The translations under genes and the position numbers were made by a program. From a virus: a stretch of DNA of 64,000 bases. A model generated the notes under the pieces. The model was not told where the DNA came from, searched no databases, and saw nothing but the letters and a program-made list of their open reading frames with translations. Location: IMG/VR virus record IMGVR_UViG_2924193448_000006, one strand, 5' to 3'. Below, one piece after another: positions 10,071 to 19,395 of this stretch (positions are counted from its first letter, which is position 1; each line of letters starts with the position of its first letter).

Positions 10071-10508
10071 TCACGCTTCACCTCGCCGAGCCTTTTCAGC
10101 GAGGTATTCCGCTGGATCGATTCTCTTGACTTCGGACGCGGCGCCGAACGTACCGAGCTTTGCGTCACGGTAGGCGCGAATTCCGGCCGGATCAAACTTC
10201 GTAGCGGCGACATTGCGAATCCAGGTAGGCGCCTTCGCAGCGTTCTCCTTCATCCGGTTTTCTTGCTTCCCCTGCAGCCTCTTTTCCTTGCGCCTCGACC
10301 GCTTGGGCTTCCTCTCCGGCTTGCCCCAGAGAACCTTTTTGGCACTGCGCGGCTTGTCTGGTCGATTGGCGTTGTCGTTGTCCAGACGGTCCAACGCCTT
10401 CCAGGCCGCAGCGTTGGTGTCAAACGGGCCTTCCACGACTTTGCGGCCCTGGTCGGTGATTTCGAATTGACCGTTGTCGTTACGAGTGACGTTCAGCAAC
10501 TGCGTCAT
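10071..10508 (-). CDS. Hypothetical phage protein (basic)
   Basis: 145-aa ORF with RBS. Confidence 0.6.
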   Translation of the reverse strand: MTQLLNVTRNDNGQFEITDQGRKVVEGPFDTNAAAWKALDRLDNDNANRPDKPRSAKKVLWGKPERKPKRSRRKEKRLQGKQENRMKENAAKAPTWIRNVAATKFDPAGIRAYRDAKLGTFGAASEVKRIDPAEYLAEKARRGEA

Positions 10509-10572
10509 TTCATCAGCTCCCTTCGACGATTGCGGATCTTCAGTGCGAGTTTGAGAATTTTGAAGAGAAGCA

Positions 10573-10956
10573 TCAGGCGGTCCTTCCGTGCGATTTCAGA
10601 AATTCAGGCAGCATCCAGTCAGTCCGGCCGCAGGCGTGCATGTCCGCGATGAACTCGGCGCTCGTGGGCTCGTTGATGGTGCGCGGCACCTTCGTATTGA
10701 TGGAGAACTCGACTTCCTTGCGCAGGTCGTCGGGCCAGAGTTCGTGAACGGGACGGCCTTCCATAGCCGCCTTCACGAAATCATCGATCGCCGGAGCGTG
10801 CCGCAGGATTTCCTTCCAGCGCTCAGTGATCGCCTTTGCTGCCTTGCTCCTCGGATGCTGAAGGCTTCTTTCCGTTATCTCCCAACCGAAGATTCGGAAG
10901 TCGCAAAAATCCAAGTAGAGAAAGGCCTCGGACATGGTCATCATGGGCACTGTCAT
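10573..10956 (-). CDS. Hypothetical phage protein
   Basis: ORF coupled to upstream gene. Confidence 0.55.
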   Translation of the reverse strand: MTVPMMTMSEAFLYLDFCDFRIFGWEITERSLQHPRSKAAKAITERWKEILRHAPAIDDFVKAAMEGRPVHELWPDDLRKEVEFSINTKVPRTINEPTSAEFIADMHACGRTDWMLPEFLKSHGRTA

Positions 10957-11234
10957 GCCGCACCTCTGAAATCTGAGCGAACATGCAGCGTCGTTCCATC
11001 GAGCGCGAACCAGACCTCGAGCAGGCCGTGCCTGATCAATTCCATCGTGCCGTCGAATAGCTGCTGATCTGAGAAGACCTCTCGAGGAGGCTGACTAGGG
11101 AGCGAGCGGAACACTGTTGTGAGGAGTTGGCGCCCTTCGGTATGGCCGAGTTCGGCGTACGTCCCGTTTGCCTGCACTTTGGCCCACCGCAGATTATCGC
11201 GCGCGGACTGACTTTTTCTGGTTCTGCGCTTCAT
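10953..11234 (-). CDS. Hypothetical phage protein
   Basis: ATGA overlaps on both sides. Confidence 0.55.
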   Translation of the reverse strand: MKRRTRKSQSARDNLRWAKVQANGTYAELGHTEGRQLLTTVFRSLPSQPPREVFSDQQLFDGTMELIRHGLLEVWFALDGTTLHVRSDFRGAA

Positions 11235-11913
11235 GAATTACCTCCAAAGCCATGAACAGGTGAACAACAAGGCTTGGGAGCTGACCACCAAGTGGCGATC
11301 TCTTTCTTCAGTCTTTTTTCTCGGTTTTCTTCTTTTTCTTTTTCTCGTGTCTTCTTCTCTGTCTTAGTCTCTGTCTCTGTCTCTTTATATCCATACGGTC
11401 TGGATACGGTATCGATAGGGTATCTGGCGCGCATCATTGATACCCTCCATTGCGGAAAGTCGAAGGGCGCCTGGAGAGTGGGTCACTCGCGGCAGCCGCT
11501 GCGGATCGCGATTGCCTTGCAGCGTCGGCCAACTCAAAGTCCGCTTCGACCTTCTCCCTCAGATCATCGTTTTCGATCTCAGAGATGAGGCGCATTGTCC
11601 CCTGCGCATGTTTGTCGTTCATGGGCGGGCTGTGCTTGAACCAGCGATGGACGTAGATGACCTCGGCGTCAGCATCGAAGCTGACCATGTCCCCGGCCAC
11701 TAAATGGTCGCGAGCTTGAGCATACCGGTTGATATCCCAGCCGAGATCGGCGCAGGCATAGCCGTCAGGAATACGGAAGCAGCCGGCACTGTTCTGGTGC
11801 TCGCACGTCAGAAAGTAGAGATACAGGAGCTGAGCGTCGCTGTTTTCGAGTTTACGGAAACGACTGGAGCGCCAGACGTTCGGCGAGACTTTTGTGAAGT
11901 CACGCTTCGTCAT
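11231..11913 (-). CDS. Phage replication-initiator-like protein, present as two coupled ORFs (11434..11913 and 11231..11437)
   Basis: N-terminal wHTH-like region (LYLYFLTCEHQNSAGCFRIP); the PIDTVSRPYGYKETETE linker typical of initiators lies in the second ORF. Confidence 0.55.
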
Positions 11914-12202
11914 TCGGGCGCTCCTGGTTATGGTCCGGATCAAGGCGCCCCATTAGGGGAATGCCGGTCCGCTCAGCCGGCGGGAAAATGTCTGGCCTCA
12001 GTTGCGACTTAGAGATTGCTCCCCGAGTTGACCGATCAATTGCGGCGGCAAGTTCTGCTGATACGCGACCATTTCGCTTCGCGTACCAAATGGCATTTTG
12101 AGAATAGCCCGCCAAGGCCCCGAGCTTTGCCTCGGAGCCGGTGATTGTGATGGCGGCTTCGATGAGCCGAGTGATGTGTTGTGAGTTGCTTTTTCGCTTC
12201 AT
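11900..12202 (-). CDS. cro: Cro/YdaS-family HTH regulator
   Basis: HTH plus LRPDIF motif; divergent from CI. Confidence 0.8.
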   Translation of the reverse strand: MKRKSNSQHITRLIEAAITITGSEAKLGALAGYSQNAIWYAKRNGRVSAELAAAIDRSTRGAISKSQLRPDIFPPAERTGIPLMGRLDPDHNQERPNDEA

Positions 12203-12300
12203 GGCCACCCAGAACTACCCATTTCTGAGTTGAAAAGCAACACATATTTAACTTGATTGGGTTACGCAAAGAGAGCATTGATCGAGAAAGGGGATACGAT

Positions 12301-12990
12301 ATGGCTGATGAAGATAGGAAGAGCGTTGCTCAGCGACTCCGCGAAGGAAATGGCGCGGAAATACGTCGGGTGCGTGAAGAGCGTGGAATGAGCCAGGCCG
12401 ATTTGGCAAAACTCGCCGAGACCTCCCAACAGACTGTCGACCGTATTGAGCGCGGCGTTGTCGAGCACTCCCGCGCGTATCCACGGATATTGAAAGCGCT
12501 TGAAATCACAAAAGAAGGCTTCGACCTGGACCGAATCAAAACCACGGTGGCGAAGATGAAAATGGAGTCTCGAGAAAGCTACAAGCGCTTTATGGAGGAA
12601 GGGAAGGCGGTTTCCGGCCTAATGGAGGGTGGACGAATCCCGCTCTACGCTCCGGGGGACGGGTCAGGCCCGCGCCTGATCAATGCTATACCGCGCGCCT
12701 ACCCGGTAGAGTTCACGGAAGGAGCTTATGGACTTGTAATGTTCGGCACCGAGATGGAGCCGGCAATAAGGAACGGCGAAATTGCAATTGTGAACCCAAA
12801 TCTCCCGCCGCTCTGGCAAAGCGAGGTGGTGGTTACGATCAACGGAAAACCCACAATCCGGACCTTTATCGGCGAGACCGCCACCCATTGGTCGGTCCAA
12901 CAATGGAATCCGCCGAAGAAGGCCGACTTGAAAAAAGACGAGCACGAACACATCGAACTCGTTGTCGCAAAGATCGGCCGTACTGTTTAA
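12301..12990 (+). CDS. cI: CI-like repressor (XRE HTH + S24-like domain lacking the catalytic residues)
   Basis: MSQADLAKLAETSQQTVDRIE HTH; GTEMEP instead of GDSMxP, PTIRT instead of xxKR. Confidence 0.85.
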   Translation: MADEDRKSVAQRLREGNGAEIRRVREERGMSQADLAKLAETSQQTVDRIERGVVEHSRAYPRILKALEITKEGFDLDRIKTTVAKMKMESRESYKRFMEEGKAVSGLMEGGRIPLYAPGDGSGPRLINAIPRAYPVEFTEGAYGLVMFGTEMEPAIRNGEIAIVNPNLPPLWQSEVVVTINGKPTIRTFIGETATHWSVQQWNPPKKADLKKDEHEHIELVVAKIGRTV

Positions 12991-13060
12991 CCCAAATGTT
13001 GAGTTGACCATCACACATAAGTGAGTTATCTAACGCTCCGTCCTAACTGATGGAGCGAAC

Positions 13061-13792
13061 ATGAACGCCATTCTCGGAAATCAGCCGGTCACGATGTCCA
13101 GCCGCGAGATCGCGGAGTTGACAGGAAAGCGCCACGACCACGTGAAGCGCGATATCGAGAAGATGCTTTCGGATCTTGGTGAAGATATCCCCAAGTATGG
13201 GGGCATCTACCTCGACGGCATGAATCGGGAGCAGATCGAACACCGGCTAGACCGAGAGCTGACGGAAACTCTCCTTCTCGGCTATAGCGCTCCCCTTCGC
13301 CGCAAAGTGATCAAGCGCCTTCGGGAGCTAGAGGCAACTGTCGCCGCCCCTCGACCCCTCACCACTACCGAAACGCTGATTCAAATGCTCACCCTCCAAG
13401 CTGAGGTTGAACGTCGTCAGGCGGAGCAAGCGAAGGCCATCACAGCGATCGACGCCCGGGTCGAGCGGGTAGAGACGGCGCAGACCGTTCTCAGCGCCCG
13501 CCCAGCCAATTCCGAGAGCATTGTCCATATCCGGCGGCGTATCTGGCAGCTCTACGGCCTGTCGGACGCAACGGTAGACGCGGTTATGCGCCAGTCGCCC
13601 TACGCTCCGAAGCCCGCCGGCATGGTCCGGAACGAACACGCCGAGGCGGACGGTGCGGCCTATGCCGTTTACTGGAAGAAAGACGTCACCGCGACGTTCG
13701 AACGCTTCGTTGCTGAGTGCCGACACTCCGCCGGCAAACTCTACACCCATCCCTACATCGAAGGCCGGTTCAAGCTGATCAGGCAAGAATAG
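13061..13792 (+). CDS. rha: Rha family phage regulatory/antirepressor protein
   Basis: MSSREIAELTGKRHDHVKRDIEKM N-terminus. Confidence 0.85.
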   Translation: MNAILGNQPVTMSSREIAELTGKRHDHVKRDIEKMLSDLGEDIPKYGGIYLDGMNREQIEHRLDRELTETLLLGYSAPLRRKVIKRLRELEATVAAPRPLTTTETLIQMLTLQAEVERRQAEQAKAITAIDARVERVETAQTVLSARPANSESIVHIRRRIWQLYGLSDATVDAVMRQSPYAPKPAGMVRNEHAEADGAAYAVYWKKDVTATFERFVAECRHSAGKLYTHPYIEGRFKLIRQE

Positions 13793-13835
13793 CCGCCGAC
13801 TTCCCGCAAACACCACCTCAATATTGGAGATTGAA

Positions 13836-14338
13836 ATGCCGAACACACCTGTTCAGGCCGCCGCCGAAGGTTTGCCGATCACCGAAGCCCCTTTTCGTGA
13901 TCCGTTGACCCCACGAGGCCGCGTCTCATGTGACATAGACATGGCCCAGCTTCGCAAGATGGGCATGAAGGAGCTGCGTGACCTCCGAAAAGTTCTTTAC
14001 ACGGTGGCCGAGGTCATTTCGGGCTTCTGCTGCCAGCCTCGGTTTTTGACCGAAGACGGCAAAAACTACAACGCCGCGGGGAACGTCCTTGAGGACATAT
14101 GCGACTTTCTTGGCAGCTATGAGCAAGCCGCCGTCAATATCTCGGTGGCCGCGAAGCCGAAGACCAGCAGCGAAGTGGAGTGGCGTGGCTGGGCGATCCT
14201 GGGCTTCAGGCGGACTGCGCCGAAGACCTCGCCCCGTTCGCGGTGAAGGCCGCCGAATTTGTGAGAGATGAAGCCGAAGCCAGATCGCGAGAGGCGCGGC
14301 GACCAAAGGTGGCGCCTGACATGGAGGTAGCACAATGA
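13836..14338 (+). pseudogene. Hypothetical phage protein with probable frameshift near 14205
   Basis: ORF stops at 14246, but the alternative frame continues (ADCAEDLAPFAVKAAEF...) to a TGA overlapping the next ATG at 14335. Confidence 0.45.
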
Positions 14339-14781
14339 GCCTCTCCAGACTGTCAATCCTCGGCGCCATGGCAACGGCTGCCGCCCCGATCAATCTTGCT
14401 TCGGCTTCAGCGGCCACTGCTTCCACCTTGGACGAGCGCATCACGGCTGCGAAGGAGGAACTCATTGCCTGCCTGACTGAGCGTTACGGCTCTCCGGAGG
14501 TTATTGACTACGGTCGCTTCATCAGCGTCTTCGTGCCGGTGCCGCCAGTGTCAGTGGAATACGACGGTCCAGGCTTCTATGAGGTCGAATGGAAGCGGCG
14601 AAACGGAAAGGTGTGCAGGCCCATCTTCTGGCTTGAGCGAGTCGAGCACAAAACGGTTCCCGGCTATTACTACCGCGCCGAAACCCGTTGGAGGGGCCGG
14701 CTTGAAACCACCACGAAGCTGAAGCCACGGACGATCAAGATCATTCGCAAAGCCGAAGATTATGGCGGGCGACTGTCATGA
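14335..14781 (+). CDS. Hypothetical phage protein
   Basis: GGAGG RBS; coupled to next ORF. Confidence 0.6.
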   Translation: MSLSRLSILGAMATAAAPINLASASAATASTLDERITAAKEELIACLTERYGSPEVIDYGRFISVFVPVPPVSVEYDGPGFYEVEWKRRNGKVCRPIFWLERVEHKTVPGYYYRAETRWRGRLETTTKLKPRTIKIIRKAEDYGGRLS

Positions 14782-14927
14782 CCGACAATCATCCCCGTTA
14801 TCCACAGGATAGCCCCTTGATTGCTTTCGTGAAGGCACTCGCGATTCGGCAGGCTCGGCTTGACGCTCGGCCACCCCTGCCCGCTAATGAGAATGAAAAA
14901 GGCATGGAACCCGCGAGAAATCAATGA
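14778..14927 (+). CDS. 49-aa ORF coupled to the recombinase (candidate directionality factor)
   Basis: ATGA overlaps at both ends; homolog at 63339. Confidence 0.55.
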   Translation: MTDNHPRYPQDSPLIAFVKALAIRQARLDARPPLPANENEKGMEPARNQ

Positions 14928-16543
14928 AGCGAGCCGCAATCTACGCCCGGTACTCCACCGATCTGCAGAATGATCAATCGGTGGAGGATCAATTCAGATT
15001 GTGCAGGGCCCACGCCGAACGGCTGGGTTTTAATGTCGTGGAGGAATTTTCCGACCGCGCCAAGTCAGGCGCATCGATGTTTGGACGGCCTGGTCTCGCG
15101 AACCTGATCCAGGCGGCCGACCGCGCAGAGTTCGACGTTCTTGTGTCAGAAGCGCCAGACCGCATTTCCCGCGATATTGCCGACCTCGCCCACATCCACA
15201 AGACGCTGAAGTTTCGCGGAATCGAGATGAACTGCGTCAATGGCGGCGCTATGGATACCGTCCAGATCGGCATGTATGGCGTGATCGGGCAGATGCAGCG
15301 CGAGGAAGGCGCCAAGAAGGTCAGGCGCGGCATGGTGGGGGTGGTGCGCTCCGGCCGCAATCCTGGTGGCAAGGCGTACGGCTACCGGCCGATATTTGGC
15401 CGGAAGGGCGAGCTGGAAATCGTTGAAGACGAGGCCGCGACGGTGCGCAGAATCTACGAACTGTACGCCGGCGGGATGGCGCCAAGGTCGATCGCGGCCG
15501 TCCTCAATGATGAAACCGTGCCTGCGCCGCGGGGAGAGCGCTGGAATGCCTCCACGATTAACGGCAGTGGCCAGCGAGGCAACGGCATACTTCGCAATCC
15601 GATTTACGCCGGCCGAATTGTTTGGAACCGGATACATATGGTCAAAGATCCGTCTACCGGCCGCCGCATCTCTCGAGTAAACCCCGAGAGCGAGCAGGAA
15701 GAGGTCGCGGCGCCGCACCTGCAGATCGTGGATAGCGGCCTGTTTGACATTGTCCAGCAGCGCAAGGAAGCGACGGGCGGCGCTGACCGTGCCAAAGGCC
15801 CACGATCTAAGCGTATACTTTCAGGCCTGTTGCGCTGCGGCGCATGTGGCGGAGGAATGGCGCTTGTCGGCCCCGACCGAAGCGGAAATCGCATCCAGTG
15901 CAGCACCTTCCGCGAATCAGGGATCTGCAAGAACAGCCGACGCTACTATGTCGAGCGCATCGAAACGGAAGTCGTTGACGGCCTTAGACGTCAATTCGCT
16001 GACACAAGCGTCATTGAAGCCTATGTGGAGGCTTATCAGGTCGAGCAGAAGCGCCTGCGCGGCGATGCGCAAAGAGCACGCGCAAACGCACAGCGCGCGC
16101 TGCAGGAGGCTAAGGACGGCATCACCAAGATCGTTGAGAAAATTTCGAAGGGTCTCATCGAGGACGACGAGGCCGCTGCTCTCCTGGCGCCACTGCGGGC
16201 GGAGCGAGACCGGCAGAAAGCTATCCTTGAGACCACCGAAGAGCCGCCGAACGTAATTGAGATCCAGCCGAAAGCGGTGAAGCGGTTTCGGGAGAACATC
16301 GAGAGCCTTGCTCAAATCGTACGTGAAAAGGACGGCGAGGCGTCACCGGAAATCGCAGCGCCGTTTCGGCAGCTCGTGGCTGCGGTGGTGATCAATCCAA
16401 CGGAAAAGGGACAGCCGTACGAAATCAACATCAAAGGCTATCTGTCGAGCCTCATCGATTCCGAGTTGTCGGTGATTAAGATGGTAGCGGAGGACCGGCT
16501 CATTCGATCCCCCCAGATTTCTTTCGGGCGCTTCGCTGCCTAA
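14924..16543 (+). CDS. Large serine recombinase (integrase)
   Basis: AIYARYST catalytic motif, DRISRD, recombinase domain, LSGLLRCGACG zinc ribbon, coiled coil. Confidence 0.95.
   Translation: MKRAAIYARYSTDLQNDQSVEDQFRLCRAHAERLGFNVVEEFSDRAKSGASMFGRPGLANLIQAADRAEFDVLVSEAPDRISRDIADLAHIHKTLKFRGIEMNCVNGGAMDTVQIGMYGVIGQMQREEGAKKVRRGMVGVVRSGRNPGGKAYGYRPIFGRKGELEIVEDEAATVRRIYELYAGGMAPRSIAAVLNDETVPAPRGERWNASTINGSGQRGNGILRNPIYAGRIVWNRIHMVKDPSTGRRISRVNPESEQEEVAAPHLQIVDSGLFDIVQQRKEATGGADRAKGPRSKRILSGLLRCGACGGGMALVGPDRSGNRIQCSTFRESGICKNSRRYYVERIETEVVDGLRRQFADTSVIEAYVEAYQVEQKRLRGDAQRARANAQRALQEAKDGITKIVEKISKGLIEDDEAAALLAPLRAERDRQKAILETTEEPPNVIEIQPKAVKRFRENIESLAQIVREKDGEASPEIAAPFRQLVAAVVINPTEKGQPYEINIKGYLSSLIDSELSVIKMVAEDRLIRSPQISFGRFAA
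16482..16494 (-). repeat. att core matching the 3' end of tRNA-Met (TCCTCCGCTACCA on minus strand)
   Basis: Plus strand TGGTAGCGGAGGA encodes MVAE in the recombinase tail; identity with the rhizobial elongator tRNA-Met 3' end is from recall. Confidence 0.65.
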
Positions 16544-16577
16544 GTGACGGCGTGATAGCCGCCGTTTAATTCGAAAA

Positions 16578-16599
16578 AGGGATCGCGAATGCGATCCCT
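16578..16599 (-). terminator. Intrinsic terminator for the minus-strand HEPN gene
   Basis: AGGGATCGC/GCGATCCCT 9-bp stem with a U-run on the minus strand. Confidence 0.6.
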
Positions 16600-16643
16600 G
16601 AAGCTCTGAAGCAAGGCGTGTCGCCGTTTTGTAGGATTCAGTA

Positions 16644-17981
16644 TTATGCCCCGAAAGCCGCCCACCGGTCAAAAACGTGACGCACATTGGTAGGTACACT
16701 CGAACTGTCCACCAGACGAACCAGTTCTGCAAAGCGGGTCTTGCATGTGCTGTGCATTCGAACGCGCGCAGCAACAGTGAGGCTGGAATCCGGCAATTCC
16801 AACATAATGCGAATTTCATTGGGGGAAAACGATCTGACCATCTTGTGGTAATCCGCCACGGCGGCATTAGACACGCCCCATTGGTTTCCAACAGCGCACG
16901 TTACAACGGCAGAAACGAATTCGAACTGGGCACTTTCCGGTACCCGATTCTGAGCAGTTATGGATGCTAGCCGATCGGCGAACGGTGGCTCGTTGTAGAA
17001 ATTGTTAAACGAGTTATGCACTGACACGAGGTTCCGTGCGGCTGTCGTAATCAATGCATGAAGTTCAGCCTCGCCCAAGAAAGACAAGAGCCCCAATCGC
17101 TCGAAGAACAACTGGGAAGCCCTGTGGCGGGGCTCATCGCCTTTGGCCAAATAGTCTTGATGCCGATCGACGAGGTCGGATCGAGTACGGGGCGTGAAGG
17201 TCGGCGCAAGCCGCTCGCAAACCCAAAGCGCGTTTACTCTGGCTTCTTCTCCGGCGGCGGGATCACAATAAATGCCGTGCAGAGTACCAACCAGCATCTC
17301 CCTTTGCGCATCGAACGTTTGAGACAGCCGATCGACCCACGTATCAAGCTGCGGGCCATTAAATCGGGCTCCCTTCACTGAGGCAATCAGAGCCTGGATA
17401 TCGACTCCTTTGGGATTCCGTTCATTGGAGAGCGCGTGCTTTGCGCACCGGTTCAAGAACGCCAGAAATTCCGTTTCGTCCAGCGAACCCATGCTCGGAT
17501 GAGCAGCGGAAAAATTGTTTCGAATATCGCGGCACTGATCGAGGAGATAGTAACCCTCTTCGGTGATCATATTGAGTTTCAGGCAAAGCGTAAGAAGGTC
17601 AGCATCCTTAAGCTCCAATAGTGTGCGCTCGTCGAAAGCCTTTCCCGTGACCTGAGGGACGACGGTTAATCCGAAACGGCGAACCTTCTGCCGCAGCTCG
17701 ATTACGGCGGCGTTCCAAGCATAATTTATCGCGCTATCGAAAAGGCCTGTAGCAACCGCCACGCACATCCGAACCAGTGTTTCCGATCGATGCTCGGTAG
17801 GAATTTGGGCAAGAAGCCGGGGAAGGTTCAACCAAGCGTGCTCAATTTGGTCGTCTGCAGCGAGAACTTCTCGCGAAACACCCAGCGCTTGCGTCAGGGA
17901 ATTAAGCATTGGAGCCGTCAGAGATGAAGTCGACGGAAGGATAATTAGACTTGGGGAAGGGTTTGCAGTTGGTAGGTTCAT
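16644..17981 (-). CDS. HEPN-domain protein, putative antiphage RNase
   Basis: FDSAINYAWNAAVIELRQKV helix and RNNFSAAH (Rx6H) motif encoded at 17499-17522. Confidence 0.6.
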   Translation of the reverse strand: MNLPTANPSPSLIILPSTSSLTAPMLNSLTQALGVSREVLAADDQIEHAWLNLPRLLAQIPTEHRSETLVRMCVAVATGLFDSAINYAWNAAVIELRQKVRRFGLTVVPQVTGKAFDERTLLELKDADLLTLCLKLNMITEEGYYLLDQCRDIRNNFSAAHPSMGSLDETEFLAFLNRCAKHALSNERNPKGVDIQALIASVKGARFNGPQLDTWVDRLSQTFDAQREMLVGTLHGIYCDPAAGEEARVNALWVCERLAPTFTPRTRSDLVDRHQDYLAKGDEPRHRASQLFFERLGLLSFLGEAELHALITTAARNLVSVHNSFNNFYNEPPFADRLASITAQNRVPESAQFEFVSAVVTCAVGNQWGVSNAAVADYHKMVRSFSPNEIRIMLELPDSSLTVAARVRMHSTCKTRFAELVRLVDSSSVPTNVRHVFDRWAAFGA

Positions 17982-18424
17982 GGTCGTCCTCGCGCTCAAT
18001 GCTCGGCACTATCATCCGGAGAACCTGCGATTGCAATCAACAATTACTCCCCCAAACATGGCAATCTACGGACCATTGGGTGGTGCCCCATGCCGGGTCA
18101 CACTAAGTCGGTTTTTACAAGGACTTAGCGAATTGCTGGACACCTGCTTTTCACGTACTTTCATTACGCTTTTCAGAAGAGTGTCCAGCCACTATGGCAG
18201 GAAAGCTGCCGCTGCGTGTCCCACAGGCACTTGACCTGAGGGTGTAGGTGGCAATTGGCTGGAAAGGCGAAGCGGAAATAAGACCTGTCCCGAAAAGAAG
18301 TTCTGCATTCGGCCAGTCCTCTGGACAGAATGGTGCGCGAAATGCGAGGACAGATCGCCACCGAGCGGAGCCAGCTCACTCCCCTCCTGGATTTCGAAAA
18401 TGGTTCGAACACAGAGGAACCACG

Positions 18425-19129
18425 ATGGACACCACTCCCAATGAGCACCCCACCACTATCGTGAAAGTCGGTACTACCAATTTCCAGAAAGAAGTCCTGA
18501 AGTCGGCCGAGCCGGTCATCGTCATCTTCTCATTAGAAGAGTGCCCGCCGTGCGAGAGAATTGCACCATTCCTCGAAGAAATCGCCACCGAGCTTGCTGG
18601 CAAGGCCAAGATCGTCAAGCTCAACGACAATGAAAACCCCGAGCTCGCGGAGCAGTATGGCGTATGCGCGTTCCCAACGTTTGCCATGTTCAAGGGTGGT
18701 GAAGTCGTCGACATTTTCATCGGAGCCCCATCTGAGACGGTAGTCCGCTCCTGGATTTTGAACACGGTTCAAACAACGAGGATGAACACCACCATTCCCA
18801 ATGAGCACCCCACGGCTATTGTGAAAGTCGATATTTCCAACTTCCCGGAAGAAGTTCTGAAGTCGGCCAAACCGGTCATCGTCATCTTCTGGGCAGATTG
18901 GTGCTCGCCGAGCGAGCTACTTGAACCCATCCTCGAAAAAGTCGCCACCGAGCTTGCTGGCAAGGTCAAGGCCGTCAAGCTCAACAACAATGAAAACCCC
19001 GAGCTCGCGGCGCAGTATGGCGTATACGAGTTCCCAACGCTTGCCATGTTCAAGGGTGGTGAAGTCGCCGGCGCCGACATGTACACCCGCGGCCCACTCC
19101 GCTCCTGGATTTCGAACGCGATGGCTTGA
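18425..19129 (+). CDS. Two-domain thioredoxin-like protein (ECPPC and WCSPS sites)
   Basis: Two TrxA-like repeats (KVxxxNFxxEVLKSAxPV...ELAGKxKxVKLN...ENPELAxQYGV...PTxAMFKGGEV); AGAGG RBS before ATG 18425. Confidence 0.85.
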   Translation: MDTTPNEHPTTIVKVGTTNFQKEVLKSAEPVIVIFSLEECPPCERIAPFLEEIATELAGKAKIVKLNDNENPELAEQYGVCAFPTFAMFKGGEVVDIFIGAPSETVVRSWILNTVQTTRMNTTIPNEHPTAIVKVDISNFPEEVLKSAKPVIVIFWADWCSPSELLEPILEKVATELAGKVKAVKLNNNENPELAAQYGVYEFPTLAMFKGGEVAGADMYTRGPLRSWISNAMA

Positions 19130-19140
19130 GTCACCGGAGG

Positions 19141-19170
19141 AAAGCCCGGCCGGGCTGGGCTTTTCTTTTC
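19141..19170 (+). terminator. Intrinsic terminator after thioredoxin gene
   Basis: AAAGCCCGGC/GCTGGGCTTT stem plus U-tract. Confidence 0.65.
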
Positions 19171-19344
19171 GGCTGAACCGGATGGGGCGCCGGCTATTTG
19201 CCCTAACCTGCCTTGGAGCTGCGCGGTCCCGTTACTCACGGGCTGGGTTATCCAACGTTTGAGCAACCGGCAATGGGCGGCGGGCCGCCTGCCGCTGCTT
19301 CCAAGTTTCCGAATTCGCGCTCGCGCTGCCAGCGGTGTTTGAAA

Positions 19345-19395
19345 CCCACATTCCTAATCTGGGGGTCGCGCGTTCGAATCGCGCCGGGATCACCA
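19345..19395 (+). pseudogene. 3' half of tRNA-Arg(CCU), att-site remnant
   Basis: TTCCTAA anticodon loop, GCGCG-TTCGAAT-CGCGC T-arm, CGGGATC-A-CCA end; no D-arm or intact 5' half. Confidence 0.8.

Larger units (their letters stand above)
1..16494. mobile_element. Prophage 1 (P22/podovirus-type head-packaging module, left part outside window), probably defective
   Basis: Contiguous scaffold-portal-TerL-TerS on minus strand, Cro/CI switch, Rha, terminal serine recombinase; several frameshift/stop lesions. Confidence 0.85.

Noticed and set aside
9196..10074. 292-aa minus-strand ORF
   Set aside because: Fully overlaps the more protein-like plus-strand membrane ORF; translation lacks recognisable features
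12203..13040. Possible prophage 1 operators (NACMCA-N4/5-TGAGTT at ~12215, ~12990, ~13007)
   Set aside because: Spacing is inconsistent and symmetry poor; cannot support a consensus by eye
18195..18209. Possible sigma-54 promoter TGGCAGGAAAGCTGC upstream of the thioredoxin array
   Set aside because: GG-N10-GC spacing is right but it has several mismatches to TGGCAC-N5-TTGC and I found no TGT-N10-ACA nearby; too weak to call without TSS data
19225..19240. GGTCCCGTTACTCA resembling the missing 5' end of the tRNA-Arg
   Set aside because: Only the 7-nt acceptor strand matches, there is no D-arm, and it is ~100 nt from the 3' half; likely chance
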